DNA of 64,000 bases from Deltaproteobacteria bacterium. GTDB lineage: Bacteria; Desulfobacterota; Syntrophia; Syntrophales; UBA8958. The position numbers and the translations under genes are program-made. The stretch covers positions 9,295-73,294 of the forward strand of contig JAPLJZ010000236.1 in NCBI GenBank assembly GCA_026388335.1, given 5' to 3'. The notes beneath the pieces are model-generated. The model searched no databases, was not told where the DNA came from, and was given only the letters and a program-made list of their open reading frames with translations. Of the stretch, positions 25,268-35,291 are shown piece by piece; positions within the stretch are counted from its first letter, which is position 1; each line of letters starts with the position of its first letter.

Positions 25268-26860
25268 ATGACTGAAAATAACATTGCTGTCATCGGCGCC
25301 GGATACTGGGGGAAAAACCTCGTCCGTAATTTCCATCAGCTTGGCGTTCTCAAAACGATCTGCGATGGCGCTCAACTCATTCGTGAGGAAATGAGCAAGA
25401 CCTATCCGGATGTATTCATCACCGCCAACGTCTCCGATGTCCTCAAGGATAATGATATTACAGGCGTTGTTATCGCCGCACCGGCCGCCCTTCATTTTGA
25501 GATTACAGAAAAATCCTTGCAAGCTGGCAAACACGTCTTTGTGGAAAAGCCTCTTTCACTTACCCGCGAAGATGGCGAAAAATTAGTCCGCCTGGCCGCG
25601 GAAAGACAAAAGACACTCTTTGTCGGACACATCCTGCATTACCATGCAGCCGTCATCAGGCTGAAGGAAATGATCAGGGCCGGAGAAATCGGCCGCCTCC
25701 AGTATATTTATTCCCGACGCTTAAGCCTGGGCAAGATTCGCCGGGAGGAAAACATCCTCTGGTCTTTCGCCCCCCACGACATTTCCATCATCCTGAGCCT
25801 TACCGGCGAGGAACCTTCATATGTCGATTCCGTCGGCAGCAATTTCCTTCATGCCCGCATCGCCGATGTCACCATGACCAACCTCAAATTCCCCTCGGGC
25901 ATCGGCGCCCATATCTTCGTGAGCTGGCTCAATCCCTACAAGGAGCAAAAACTCGTCATCGTGGGCGGCAACGGAATGCTCGTCTTCGACGACACGGAGC
26001 CCATAGACAAAAAGCTGGTCCTTTATCCTCACACGATCGACTGGCAAAACGGCCTCCCCGTGCCCCACAAGGCGGAAAGCAAACCCATCGATATCAGTCC
26101 TATCTGGAAAGAACCGTTGAGAGCCGAATGCGAGGCATTTCTTGACGCAATCCGGACCGGAACCCCACCCCTTACCTCCGGTGAAGAAGGCCTCCGTGTC
26201 CTTAAAATCCTGGAACTCAGCCAGCAATCTCTGGAACAAAAAGAAAATATTCACGCAGCACGGAGCACTCAGCACTTAGCCCTGAGCTCTGAGTCTTTAC
26301 ATAGTCCTCAGCACTCAGCACTTAGCACTGATTACTATGTCCATCCCACCGCCATCATTGACGCCAATGTTACCATCGGCAAAGGCACCAAGATCTGGCA
26401 CTTCTCCCATATCCTCTCCGGCTCCAAAATTGGCGAAAACTGTAACATCGGCCAGAATGTCGTCATCGGACCGGATGTAGCGATTGGCAACAAGTGCAAG
26501 ATCCAGAATAACGTGAGCGTTTATAAAGGCGTCTCCCTGGAAGACGGCGTCTTCTGCGGCCCTTCGATGGTCTTCACGAACATCTTCAACCCCCGGGCGG
26601 AGATTTCCAAAATGGACCAGGTCCGTCCTACCCTCGTCAAAAAAGGCGCCACGTTGGGAGCCAACTGCACCATCGTCTGCGGCCACACCATCGGCCGTTA
26701 CGCCTTCATTGGCGCCGGAACGGTGGTGGTAACAAAAGATGTCCCAGATCATGCACTCATGGTAGGCAACCCCGCCCGTCAAATCGGAAGGGTGTGTGAG
26801 TGTGGAGAGTCGTTGAAAGATAACAAAATTTGTAGTAGCTGTGGCAAGGCAATTGAGTGA
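25268..26860 (+). CDS. Fusion protein: Gfo/Idh/MocA sugar-nucleotide dehydrogenase (WbpB-like) + left-handed beta-helix N-acetyltransferase (WbpD-like)
   Basis: 530 aa. N-terminal Rossmann [17 protein letters not shown] ... HVFVEKPL. A ~30-aa low-complexity linker ([27 protein letters not shown]). The C-terminal part, [26 protein letters not shown]..., has hexapeptide repeats. Confidence 0.85.
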   Translation: MTENNIAVIGAGYWGKNLVRNFHQLGVLKTICDGAQLIREEMSKTYPDVFITANVSDVLKDNDITGVVIAAPAALHFEITEKSLQAGKHVFVEKPLSLTREDGEKLVRLAAERQKTLFVGHILHYHAAVIRLKEMIRAGEIGRLQYIYSRRLSLGKIRREENILWSFAPHDISIILSLTGEEPSYVDSVGSNFLHARIADVTMTNLKFPSGIGAHIFVSWLNPYKEQKLVIVGGNGMLVFDDTEPIDKKLVLYPHTIDWQNGLPVPHKAESKPIDISPIWKEPLRAECEAFLDAIRTGTPPLTSGEEGLRVLKILELSQQSLEQKENIHAARSTQHLALSSESLHSPQHSALSTDYYVHPTAIIDANVTIGKGTKIWHFSHILSGSKIGENCNIGQNVVIGPDVAIGNKCKIQNNVSVYKGVSLEDGVFCGPSMVFTNIFNPRAEISKMDQVRPTLVKKGATLGANCTIVCGHTIGRYAFIGAGTVVVTKDVPDHALMVGNPARQIGRVCECGESLKDNKICSSCGKAIE

Positions 26861-26897
26861 GTGATATCGTAAAATACATCTAATTTTAGGAGATAAA

Positions 26898-27893
26898 ATG
26901 GACATAAAAGGTTCAAAAATATTGGTTATCGGCGGCGCTGGGCTTATCGGGTCTCATGTTGTCGATGAATTATTGAAGGAAGACATCAAGGAAGTCATTG
27001 TATATGACAATTTCTGTCGCGGCACCCATGAAAATCTGGAACCTGCTCTGAAGGACCCCCGATGCCGCATTTTCGAAATCGGCGGAGACATCCTCCAGAC
27101 GGATATTCTCGATACCGCCATGAAAGGGGTTGATGGTGTGATTCACCTTGCGGCCCTGTGGCTTCTCCAGTGCTACGAGTATCCCCGGGCCGCCTTTGAT
27201 GTGAACATCCGCGGCACCTTCAACGTCTTGGAGGCCTGCGTTGCCAACAACATTAAACGGTTGGTTTATTCCTCCTCCGCATCCGTTTATGGGGATGCCG
27301 TAACGGATATCATGACGGAAGACCATCCTTACAACAACTGGACCTTCTACGGTGCCACCAAGATCGCCGGGGAGCACATGCTCAAGTCCTTTCACAAGCG
27401 CTATGGTCTCAATGGCGTCGGCCTGCGATATATGAATGTCTATGGCGCCCGCCAAGACTACAAAGGCACCTATATCGCCGTCATGATGAAGATTCTTGAT
27501 AACCTGGACAAGGACCTTCCCCCCGTGGTCTTTGGCGACGGCAGCCAGGCGTATGATTTTATCTACGTAAGCGATGTGGGACGGGCCAATGTCTGCTCCT
27601 TGAAAAGTGATGTTCCCTTCGGTTTCTACAACGTGGGACGGGGTATTAAAACATCCATCAAGGAATTGACCGAGATGATCCTGAATATTTCCGGATCGGA
27701 CTTGACTATCCAATACGAACCGTCCGGGCTGACCTTCGTGACCAACCGGGTGGGCGATCCCGTCGCGGCGCAGCGGGATCTCGGCTTCACCTGGACGGTA
27801 GAGCTGGAAGAAGGCCTGAAACGTCTCATCGAATGGCGGAAGAACAATATGGATGCAGTGGAATCGAGAAGAAAGAAAGCGCGTAGCTCGTAG
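26898..27893 (+). CDS. NAD-dependent epimerase/dehydratase (extended SDR)
   Basis: 331 aa. GGAGLIGSH, SSSASVYG, YGATK (YxxxK). Confidence 0.85.
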   Translation: MDIKGSKILVIGGAGLIGSHVVDELLKEDIKEVIVYDNFCRGTHENLEPALKDPRCRIFEIGGDILQTDILDTAMKGVDGVIHLAALWLLQCYEYPRAAFDVNIRGTFNVLEACVANNIKRLVYSSSASVYGDAVTDIMTEDHPYNNWTFYGATKIAGEHMLKSFHKRYGLNGVGLRYMNVYGARQDYKGTYIAVMMKILDNLDKDLPPVVFGDGSQAYDFIYVSDVGRANVCSLKSDVPFGFYNVGRGIKTSIKELTEMILNISGSDLTIQYEPSGLTFVTNRVGDPVAAQRDLGFTWTVELEEGLKRLIEWRKNNMDAVESRRKKARSS

Positions 27894-27935
27894 CTGATAG
27901 CTGGTAGACGATGACTGCAAGGTGACAGGAAATAG

Positions 27936-29039
27936 ATGAATAAAATTCCGTTAATCAAGCCCTACATTACGCAGGAAATAAAGGATAAGGTCTGCGAAGT
28001 CCTCGACAGCGGCTACCTGACCGAAGGACCCATCACGAAGGATTTCGAAAACGCCGTCAAGCACTTTGTTGGCTGCAAACATGCCATTGCCGTGACATCC
28101 TGCACCACGGGCCTGGAAATGGCCTTGCGCGTATTTAATATCGGACCCGGCGATGAGGTCATCGTTCCTAATTACACCTACCCGGCCACGGCGGATGTCG
28201 TCGCCATTGTGGGGGCGACCATCGTTATCGTCGATGTTTCCAAAGATACCATGCTAATTGATTACGATGCCTTAGAACAGGCCATCACACCCAGAACAAA
28301 AGCCATCATCCCCGTTTCGATCTTTGGCAATCCCCTGGATTATGACAGACTCAACCCCATCAAGGAAAAGCATGGCGTCTATATCATTGAAGACGCCGCC
28401 TGCGCCATCGGCGCTGAGTACAAGGGTATAAGAGTCGGCAATTACGCCGATATTTCCGTCTTCAGTCTTCATCCGCGGAAGTTCATCACCACCGGTGAAG
28501 GCGGCATGATCACCACCAACCATGCTGAATGGGCCGCCTGGATGGAATCCTATAAACACTTCGGCATGGACGTATCAGCAACCCGTGAAGGCACGGTCTT
28601 CGCGCGCATAGGCACGAACTACAAGCTGAGCAATATTCTTGCCGCCGTCGGCCTTGTGCAGATGCAGCATATCGACGAACTCCTAAACAAGCGGATCGAA
28701 TTGGCAGAAAGATACAAGGAACTTCTCAGCGGCGTCGATAAGATACAGATCCCTCAAACAACGGCGGGCGGCAAACATTCCTACCAGTCCTTCTGCTTAT
28801 TCGTTGAGAATCGTGATGAAATCATGAAACACATGAGAAAAAGTGGCATCGAAGTTCAGATCGGCACCTATGCCATCCATATGCACCCGGCGTTCTCCGA
28901 AGGTCGTCATGTCATCCACCACGGATCCTTCGAGGGCAGTCGCTATGCCTTAGATCATTGCCTGACCATTCCTTTGTACCATGAATTGACCGACCACGAC
29001 CAAAAATGTGTCATCGATATGCTTCAGTCGTTTCTATGA
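27936..29039 (+). CDS. DegT/DnrJ/EryC1/StrS-family sugar aminotransferase (WbpE-like)
   Basis: 367 aa. IPLIKPYIT..., CTTGLEMAL, DAACAIGA, SLHPRKFITTGEGG (PLP-Lys region). Confidence 0.9.
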   Translation: MNKIPLIKPYITQEIKDKVCEVLDSGYLTEGPITKDFENAVKHFVGCKHAIAVTSCTTGLEMALRVFNIGPGDEVIVPNYTYPATADVVAIVGATIVIVDVSKDTMLIDYDALEQAITPRTKAIIPVSIFGNPLDYDRLNPIKEKHGVYIIEDAACAIGAEYKGIRVGNYADISVFSLHPRKFITTGEGGMITTNHAEWAAWMESYKHFGMDVSATREGTVFARIGTNYKLSNILAAVGLVQMQHIDELLNKRIELAERYKELLSGVDKIQIPQTTAGGKHSYQSFCLFVENRDEIMKHMRKSGIEVQIGTYAIHMHPAFSEGRHVIHHGSFEGSRYALDHCLTIPLYHELTDHDQKCVIDMLQSFL

Positions 29040-30208
29040 TTATTGATATGCATAAATCGTTTTTGTCTAAAATAAATACGCTAAGAGTCATAACGCTGTT
29101 CTTGGCAATTATTGCTGTTTTTGCTTATGGCGTAGGAGTTGGTCATTATCGCTGGCCCCCCTATGAGCAACTAAAACATTTGTATGTTATAATGAGTGCG
29201 TCTCATGTCAGTGATACTAATCGGTCATATATGGGCGAAGAAGAGCTTCTTCAATATGCCTTTACCGAACCCGCCATTGATGGGGAAAAGCTTTTACCGG
29301 CAATCTCCACTCTAAGCGGCATTTATAGAGCCAACCAAAGCATCTTCACTGATGTCAAAAATTTTAATACTGCCTATAAGAAATTAATACTCCTATCTAT
29401 GAATTCATTGAGCTTTGATGGCGGAAAAACAAAGATTATGCAGGTTCGCTTTGCTCTTTACGGCAAAGAATATAACGCATACGCATATTGGTTAAGAAAC
29501 ATAGACTGCGGTCAAGGCAAGACTGCAGCATTAATTATTCCCGGCAGCGGAAACAATCAATCACATGCTATTTACACCCGTGACCCGAAAAATTATCACG
29601 AGGGTATCATTGATGCGCTGGAAAAGAGCGCGGTAGATGTATTTGTCTTTATCAAACCCAACGAGGATATCATCGCTTTTCATGATGGCAAAAAGAAACT
29701 TAATAATAACTTCATCGTGAATTACCAATTAAATCGCGGTTCTTCATATTCTGCATGTTACATCGTGCAGAGTCTTGCGATTACCAAGTATTTAAAGAGC
29801 TGCTACGGGAAGACAATCATTGCTGGGGTTTCACAGGGAGGCTCTGCAGCACTTCTGAATGCGCTTCAATCCGAGCCGGATATTGCGATCGTGGCATCGG
29901 GCTACAGCATGATTAATGGAAAGGCAGAATGGTCGGGCGACTTGAACCAGATAATTATTCCTGGGTCGTATGCACGCTGGACTGATATCACCAAGCTTAC
30001 GAGTAAAATCAGCAAGACCCGGACACATTATCTGTTCACATGGGGGAAGCAGGAGACAGGATTATACAAGATTGAGGCTGAAGAACAGCGTTCCTGCAAA
30101 AAATTGACGGATCTGCCGAATGTCAGGTGTACTATTCACAATGGAGGTCACATCTTCCCGGTCGAAGAAATCAGGGCGTTCCTTATTGAAGAGCAAGGCC
30201 AAAAATAA
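29036..30208 (+). CDS. Membrane-anchored alpha/beta-hydrolase-like protein
   Basis: ATG 29036 overlaps the upstream stop (ATGA). N-terminal TM (VITLFLAIIAVFAYGVGV), a nucleophile-elbow-like GVSQGG and a C-terminal GGH. The fold assignment is tentative. Confidence 0.5.
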   Translation: MIIDMHKSFLSKINTLRVITLFLAIIAVFAYGVGVGHYRWPPYEQLKHLYVIMSASHVSDTNRSYMGEEELLQYAFTEPAIDGEKLLPAISTLSGIYRANQSIFTDVKNFNTAYKKLILLSMNSLSFDGGKTKIMQVRFALYGKEYNAYAYWLRNIDCGQGKTAALIIPGSGNNQSHAIYTRDPKNYHEGIIDALEKSAVDVFVFIKPNEDIIAFHDGKKKLNNNFIVNYQLNRGSSYSACYIVQSLAITKYLKSCYGKTIIAGVSQGGSAALLNALQSEPDIAIVASGYSMINGKAEWSGDLNQIIIPGSYARWTDITKLTSKISKTRTHYLFTWGKQETGLYKIEAEEQRSCKKLTDLPNVRCTIHNGGHIFPVEEIRAFLIEEQGQK

Positions 30209-32089
30209 ATGTGCGGCATAGCAGGCATATTCAATCTGAACGGTGAGCCCGTCTCCCCGGTCTTTCTCCGGCGGATGACCGACGCCATCTCCCACCGAGG
30301 ACCGGACGGTGAGGGCTTTTATACTGATAGCTTCATCGGCCTTGGCCACCGCAGACTGGCGATCATAGACCTGTCGCCGGCCGGCCACCAGCCGATGGCG
30401 ACGACACAAAACCAGCATGTCATCACCTACAATGGCGAGGTCTATAACTTCCAGGAACTGCGCACGGAGTTGGAAGCGCTGGGCCACCAGTTCCGCTCCC
30501 GTTCGGATACGGAAGTCGTTCTTTACGCCTACAAGGAATGGGGCGCCAAGTGCCTTGAAAAATTCAACGGCCACTTTGCCTTCGTCATCTGGGACAAGAC
30601 AAAGCAGGAGCTGTTCCTCGCCAGGGACCGTTACGGCACAAAACCTCTCTACTACACCTTTGCCGGCCCATATTTTATTTTCGCCTCCGAACAGAAGGCG
30701 ATCGTCATCCACCCGGCAGTGAAGAGAGAAATCGACCTGGAAGCTCTCCTCGAATACTTCACCTTCCAGAACCTCTTTACCGACAAGACCTTGTTCAAAG
30801 GCATCCGGCTCTTCCCCGCCGGTACTTACGCCCACCTCACCCTGGCTGCAGGGAGTCACGAGTTGCGAACAACGCGCTACTGGTCCTGGTATTTCTCGGA
30901 GCCGGAAAATCCGCTAAGTAAAAAGGAATACGTCGAAGAACTGGATCGCCTCTTCCGCCAGGCCGTGAACCGTCAGCTCATCAGCGACGTGGACGTGGGG
31001 GCCTATCTCAGCGGCGGCATGGACTCCGGCTCCATCACCGCTATCGCCGCAAAGCAGCTTACCTACATGAAGACCTTCACCTGCGGTTTTGATCTCCATT
31101 CCGCCTCAGGGCTTGAACTGGGCTTCGACGAGCGGGAAAAAGCGGAATACATGTCCTACCTCTTCAAAACGGAGCATTACGAGATGGTCCTGAAGGCCGG
31201 AGACATGGAGCGCATCCTCCCAAAACTGGCCTGGCATCTCGAAGAGCCCCGCGTCGGCCAGAGCTACCCGAACTATTACGCAGCCCAGTTAGCCTCCAAA
31301 TTCGTCAAGGTCGTTCTCTCCGGCGGGGGGGGCGACGAGCTTTTCGGCGGTTATCCCTGGCGTTATTATCGGGCCGTGGATCCCACCGACAATTTCGAGC
31401 AGTACATTGATAAATATTACGCTTACTGGCAGCGCATGGTTTCCAATACGACCATCAAAAAATTATTCCGGCCTGTGTGGAATGAAGTGAAGAACGTCTG
31501 GACTCGCGACATCTTTCGGGACGTCTTCTTGAAACATGACCATAACCTGAACCGACCCGAAGACTATATCAACCATTCCCTTGCTTTTGAAGCTCGGACG
31601 TTTCTTCATGGCCTGCTCATCGTGGAAGATAAGCTGAGCATGGCCCACGGGCTGGAAACGCGTATGCCGTTTCTGGACAACGATCTGGTGGATTTTGCCC
31701 TGAAAATACCCGTTAATCTAAAGCTGAGGAATCTGACGGAGGCAGCCGGTATCAACGAAAACGAACCGGGTTCAAAAACGGAGAAATATTTCCGGAAGAC
31801 CAACGACGGCAAGCTGATCCTGCGCACCGTCATGGAGCGATATATTCCCCAAGACATCACAAATGCCACAAAACAGGGCTTTTCTGCACCAGACGCCTCC
31901 TGGTTCAAGGGGGATAGCATCGAATTTGTAAAGAACACTTTTTTTAAGCGCAATGCCCACATTTATGAATGGATGGATCGATCAGCCATTGAAGCATTGA
32001 TTGAGGATCATTTGAGCGGAACGCAGAACAGACGGCTGCTCATTTGGTCTTTTCTCAATATTGAAGAATGGCTAAAATCCAATATCTAA
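30209..32089 (+). CDS. Asparagine synthase (glutamine-hydrolysing)-family amidotransferase, copy 1
   Basis: 626 aa. N-terminal nucleophile MCGIAGIF, HRGPDG, YNGEVYN, and the PP-loop SGGMDSGS. Confidence 0.9.
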   Translation: MCGIAGIFNLNGEPVSPVFLRRMTDAISHRGPDGEGFYTDSFIGLGHRRLAIIDLSPAGHQPMATTQNQHVITYNGEVYNFQELRTELEALGHQFRSRSDTEVVLYAYKEWGAKCLEKFNGHFAFVIWDKTKQELFLARDRYGTKPLYYTFAGPYFIFASEQKAIVIHPAVKREIDLEALLEYFTFQNLFTDKTLFKGIRLFPAGTYAHLTLAAGSHELRTTRYWSWYFSEPENPLSKKEYVEELDRLFRQAVNRQLISDVDVGAYLSGGMDSGSITAIAAKQLTYMKTFTCGFDLHSASGLELGFDEREKAEYMSYLFKTEHYEMVLKAGDMERILPKLAWHLEEPRVGQSYPNYYAAQLASKFVKVVLSGGGGDELFGGYPWRYYRAVDPTDNFEQYIDKYYAYWQRMVSNTTIKKLFRPVWNEVKNVWTRDIFRDVFLKHDHNLNRPEDYINHSLAFEARTFLHGLLIVEDKLSMAHGLETRMPFLDNDLVDFALKIPVNLKLRNLTEAAGINENEPGSKTEKYFRKTNDGKLILRTVMERYIPQDITNATKQGFSAPDASWFKGDSIEFVKNTFFKRNAHIYEWMDRSAIEALIEDHLSGTQNRRLLIWSFLNIEEWLKSNI

Positions 32090-32098
32090 ATCCAAGCC

Positions 32099-33118
32099 AT
32101 GTCACCGGCAGTTATGAACTGTAAGATATCACGAAAGGTATGTATGAACAAAGAATCTTTTAATGGTTTATTTGTCAAATTGACCGGACTGGATAGGCCG
32201 CTTCCGGACGGTGCTAATTTCATTTCACTGAACGAAGAGGCAACTGATGCCGATCAGGCGCAAACTAACGAGGCATTTTCGGACAAATGGACTGCATACG
32301 AAAAGAGCAATGAAAAAGAGCGGTGTTACGAATTTCAAAAGCACTGGTATCTTTCTCTTTACGGTTTTTCTTCGGAGGAAACCCTCTCAACTTTTTTGTG
32401 TGATAAAAAAGTAATCTTCGATGCTGGTTGTGGTCTTGGTTACAAAGCGGCTTGGTTTGCCGACTTGGCACCTGACTCTCTGGTGATTGGTATGGATTTT
32501 TCAGAAATAGTAAGACTTGCCGCTCAGAACTACAGTCATTTATCCAATCTCTTTTTCATCCGTGGCGATATAGCCATGACCACTTTTCCTGACAGCAGCA
32601 TCGATTACGTCAGTTGCGATCAGGTCATCCAGCATACACAGAATCCCAATAAAACATTCGAAGAGTTTACAAGAATTACTAAGAAGGGTGGGGAGATAGC
32701 CTGTTACTTTTACGCAAAAAAAGCGCTGCCAAGAGAACTTATTGATGACTATTTTCGGACACAATGCACCAATATGACATCAGACGAATTGTGGGAGATG
32801 TCAGCGCAGCTTGCTGAACTTGGCAGGAGATTGAGTGAATTGCAGATCAGCTTTGATTGCCCCGAAATACCCGCTTTGGGAATTAAGGGGGGTGTGTACG
32901 ATATTCAACGATTTGTCTATTGGAATTTCTTGAAGTGTTTCTGGAACGAACACTTAGGCAGGGAAACTTCTGTTATGACAAATTTTGACTGGTACAGCCC
33001 CAGCAATGCCCGACGGTTCAGCGAGGAAGAAATCATGGCATTGGTTACTAATAACGGGCTATCTATAGTTCACTTTCATCATGAGGAAGCGTGCTATAGT
33101 GGGCGGTTTATTCGTTGA
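32099..33118 (+). CDS. Class I SAM-dependent methyltransferase
   Basis: 339 aa (alternative start MNKESF at 32144). Motif I VIFDAGCGLGYKAAWFA, and post-I/II SIDYVSCDQVIQH. Confidence 0.75.
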   Translation: MSPAVMNCKISRKVCMNKESFNGLFVKLTGLDRPLPDGANFISLNEEATDADQAQTNEAFSDKWTAYEKSNEKERCYEFQKHWYLSLYGFSSEETLSTFLCDKKVIFDAGCGLGYKAAWFADLAPDSLVIGMDFSEIVRLAAQNYSHLSNLFFIRGDIAMTTFPDSSIDYVSCDQVIQHTQNPNKTFEEFTRITKKGGEIACYFYAKKALPRELIDDYFRTQCTNMTSDELWEMSAQLAELGRRLSELQISFDCPEIPALGIKGGVYDIQRFVYWNFLKCFWNEHLGRETSVMTNFDWYSPSNARRFSEEEIMALVTNNGLSIVHFHHEEACYSGRFIR

Positions 33119-33208
33119 ACTGTAGCGGACATAGAGATGGTTGCCATTTCTTTGCCTATTTTTAAGCTTTTCCAGTTCGCATACGCATGAGTTTATGTAG
33201 GTACCCAC

Positions 33209-34279
33209 ATGTTACCACAAAATGAAATTCGATGTTTAAGGCTCATCCAGCAGATAATTGAGACGTTCAATATTGATCTCTCCGGTTTCATTGTACTGAC
33301 TGAAGCAGCCACCAATTATTACATGTTGACACCATTGATCGCGGCCATGGCGAATGCGAACATGGTGTATGCGATTACAAAGGATTCAAGGCACGGAAAG
33401 GCTGATGAAATTCGTGAAACAACTTTGGGACTTGCTCAAAGATGGGGGGTATCTTCGCGAGTCGAAGTCATATTATCGCGGGATGACCCGAGGATAGCCG
33501 ATGCGGACATCATTACTAACCTCGGTTTCGTCCGGCCATTGGACAAGGCTTTCTTGGGGAGGCTCAAAACGACGGCTGTTATACCTCTTATGTGGGAAAC
33601 ATGGGAGTACAGAAAAGAAGATCTGGACCTTCAGGAAGCATACCGTCTTGGCATTCCTATTTTGGGGACAAATGAATCCCACCAAAAACTCGAAACGATG
33701 AAATATATCGGGATTACTGCATTGAAGATGCTCCTTAACATGGACATCGAAGTGCTTTGCAGCAATATCGTTGTGCTGGGAAGTGCTGACTTTGCCAATC
33801 CAATTGTCGCGACTATTTCTAATGCGGGCGGTATTCCCCATTTTTTTAAGGTCACGAATCAAGGAGAATATGATGTTAACTCTTTTTGGGAATCCATTGA
33901 AATCGCCGATGCCTTGATTATTTGTGATCATAGAAATAAAAAGCCCTTGTTCGGGATGGAAACGGAACCTTCTGCCCAAGATATTTACAAGCTAAATCCG
34001 GGCTTGGTTGTAATTCATATATGTGGGAATGTGGCAGCAAGAGAAATAGCTGTTGCTGGTTTGAGATATTCTCCGCCCTCTTTTGCAATACCCGGGTTCA
34101 TGTCTATAACGACGGATTATGTAGGGCCTAAACCACTAATAGACTTGCATGCAGCGGGGTTGCATATTGGGGAGCTTCTTGCGAGAAAACGGAAACAAGG
34201 ATTGAATAGAATAGAAGCAGAACAGGCCGTACTGAAGGAAACCAGTTTAGCTCAGGGATTTAACCGTGTTACCTCATGA
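33209..34279 (+). CDS. Hypothetical protein (possible Rossmann-like fold), function unknown
   Basis: A 356-aa ORF in the operon frame and context. I recognised no diagnostic motif. IVVLGSADFANPIVATI hints at a nucleotide-binding beta-alpha-beta unit. Confidence 0.45.
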   Translation: MLPQNEIRCLRLIQQIIETFNIDLSGFIVLTEAATNYYMLTPLIAAMANANMVYAITKDSRHGKADEIRETTLGLAQRWGVSSRVEVILSRDDPRIADADIITNLGFVRPLDKAFLGRLKTTAVIPLMWETWEYRKEDLDLQEAYRLGIPILGTNESHQKLETMKYIGITALKMLLNMDIEVLCSNIVVLGSADFANPIVATISNAGGIPHFFKVTNQGEYDVNSFWESIEIADALIICDHRNKKPLFGMETEPSAQDIYKLNPGLVVIHICGNVAAREIAVAGLRYSPPSFAIPGFMSITTDYVGPKPLIDLHAAGLHIGELLARKRKQGLNRIEAEQAVLKETSLAQGFNRVTS

Positions 34280-34364
34280 ATTTCTCAGCCGTCTTCGTTG
34301 TTTCAAATATTATTTTTAATTGCTCTTTATCGAGTTAATGTGATTTTCCAAGAGGTCTACGCTG

Positions 34365-35285
34365 ATGCGCATTGCTATAATCGGACGCACCGAGATTCTT
34401 CACGATACTGCCATACGCCTGCCTGAACAGGGGCATGATCTTGCCTTGATCATTACAGCCAAAGAGGCACCCGAGTACACGAGAACCTCAGCCGACTTTC
34501 AATCGTTGGCGGAAGCGCTTAGTATTCCTTTCATCCATACACCGCGAATTGAGGAAACCATCGAGACGATTCGGCTGTTGCCCCAGATCGACATCGGAAT
34601 CAGCTTGAATTACAGCGGTGTCATTCCGCAATCGGTAATTGATCTTTTCCCGTTGGGTATTTTGAATGCCCACGGTGGCGATTTACCACGATACCGGGGA
34701 AACGCCTGCCAAGCCTGGGCCATTATCAATGGTGAAGAAAGGATCGGCCTTTGTATTCACAAGATGATCGGTGGTGAACTTGATAGTGGTGACATCATCG
34801 CTCGTGATTTTTTTCCGCTGACCCTCAACACCAAGGTAACGGCAGTTTGCCAATGGATGAGCGGTCGAATTCCTGAACTTTTTACGTATGCGCTGAAACA
34901 GTTGGAAAAAGACCCGAACTATGTACTTGAGCGTCAGTCCAAAGACCCCAAGGACGCACTTCGCTGCTACCCCCGCAAGCCGGAAGACGGTCGTATCGAC
35001 TGGAGCAAAAGCGCCGCGGAGATTCTGCGGCTGATCAATGCCTGCAACAAACCTTATGACGGGGCTTTCTGCGAGTTCGAGGGACAGAAAATGATTATTT
35101 GGGATGCCGAGCTGGCGCCGGAGGAGAACTTTCTCGCCATTCCAGGTCAGATAACCCTCATTAGTGATGGGTTTGTTGAGGTCGCGACGGGTGAAGGGAA
35201 ATTAAGAGTGAGGTGGGTGGAGCTGTCAGGTGAAGAGAAGTTTCCAAGCCAATTCATCAGGTCAATCAGGCAAAGATTGAATTAA
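34365..35285 (+). CDS. Formyltransferase-family protein (Fmt/ArnA N-domain-like)
   Basis: 306 aa. MRIAIIGRTE..., the catalytic-region motif ILNAHGGDLPRYRGNACQAWAIINGE, and LDSGDII. Confidence 0.8.
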   Translation: MRIAIIGRTEILHDTAIRLPEQGHDLALIITAKEAPEYTRTSADFQSLAEALSIPFIHTPRIEETIETIRLLPQIDIGISLNYSGVIPQSVIDLFPLGILNAHGGDLPRYRGNACQAWAIINGEERIGLCIHKMIGGELDSGDIIARDFFPLTLNTKVTAVCQWMSGRIPELFTYALKQLEKDPNYVLERQSKDPKDALRCYPRKPEDGRIDWSKSAAEILRLINACNKPYDGAFCEFEGQKMIIWDAELAPEENFLAIPGQITLISDGFVEVATGEGKLRVRWVELSGEEKFPSQFIRSIRQRLN

Positions 35286-35291
35286 CCTGGT

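Noticed and set aside
26970-27920. 316-aa minus-strand ORF
   Set aside because: It is antisense to the well-supported SDR epimerase/dehydratase gene (26898-27893) and has no recognisable motifs. This is a typical shadow ORF.
30062-30859. 265-aa minus-strand ORF
   Set aside because: It is antisense to the N-terminal glutaminase domain of the AsnB-type gene, which has unmistakable motifs. This is a shadow ORF.
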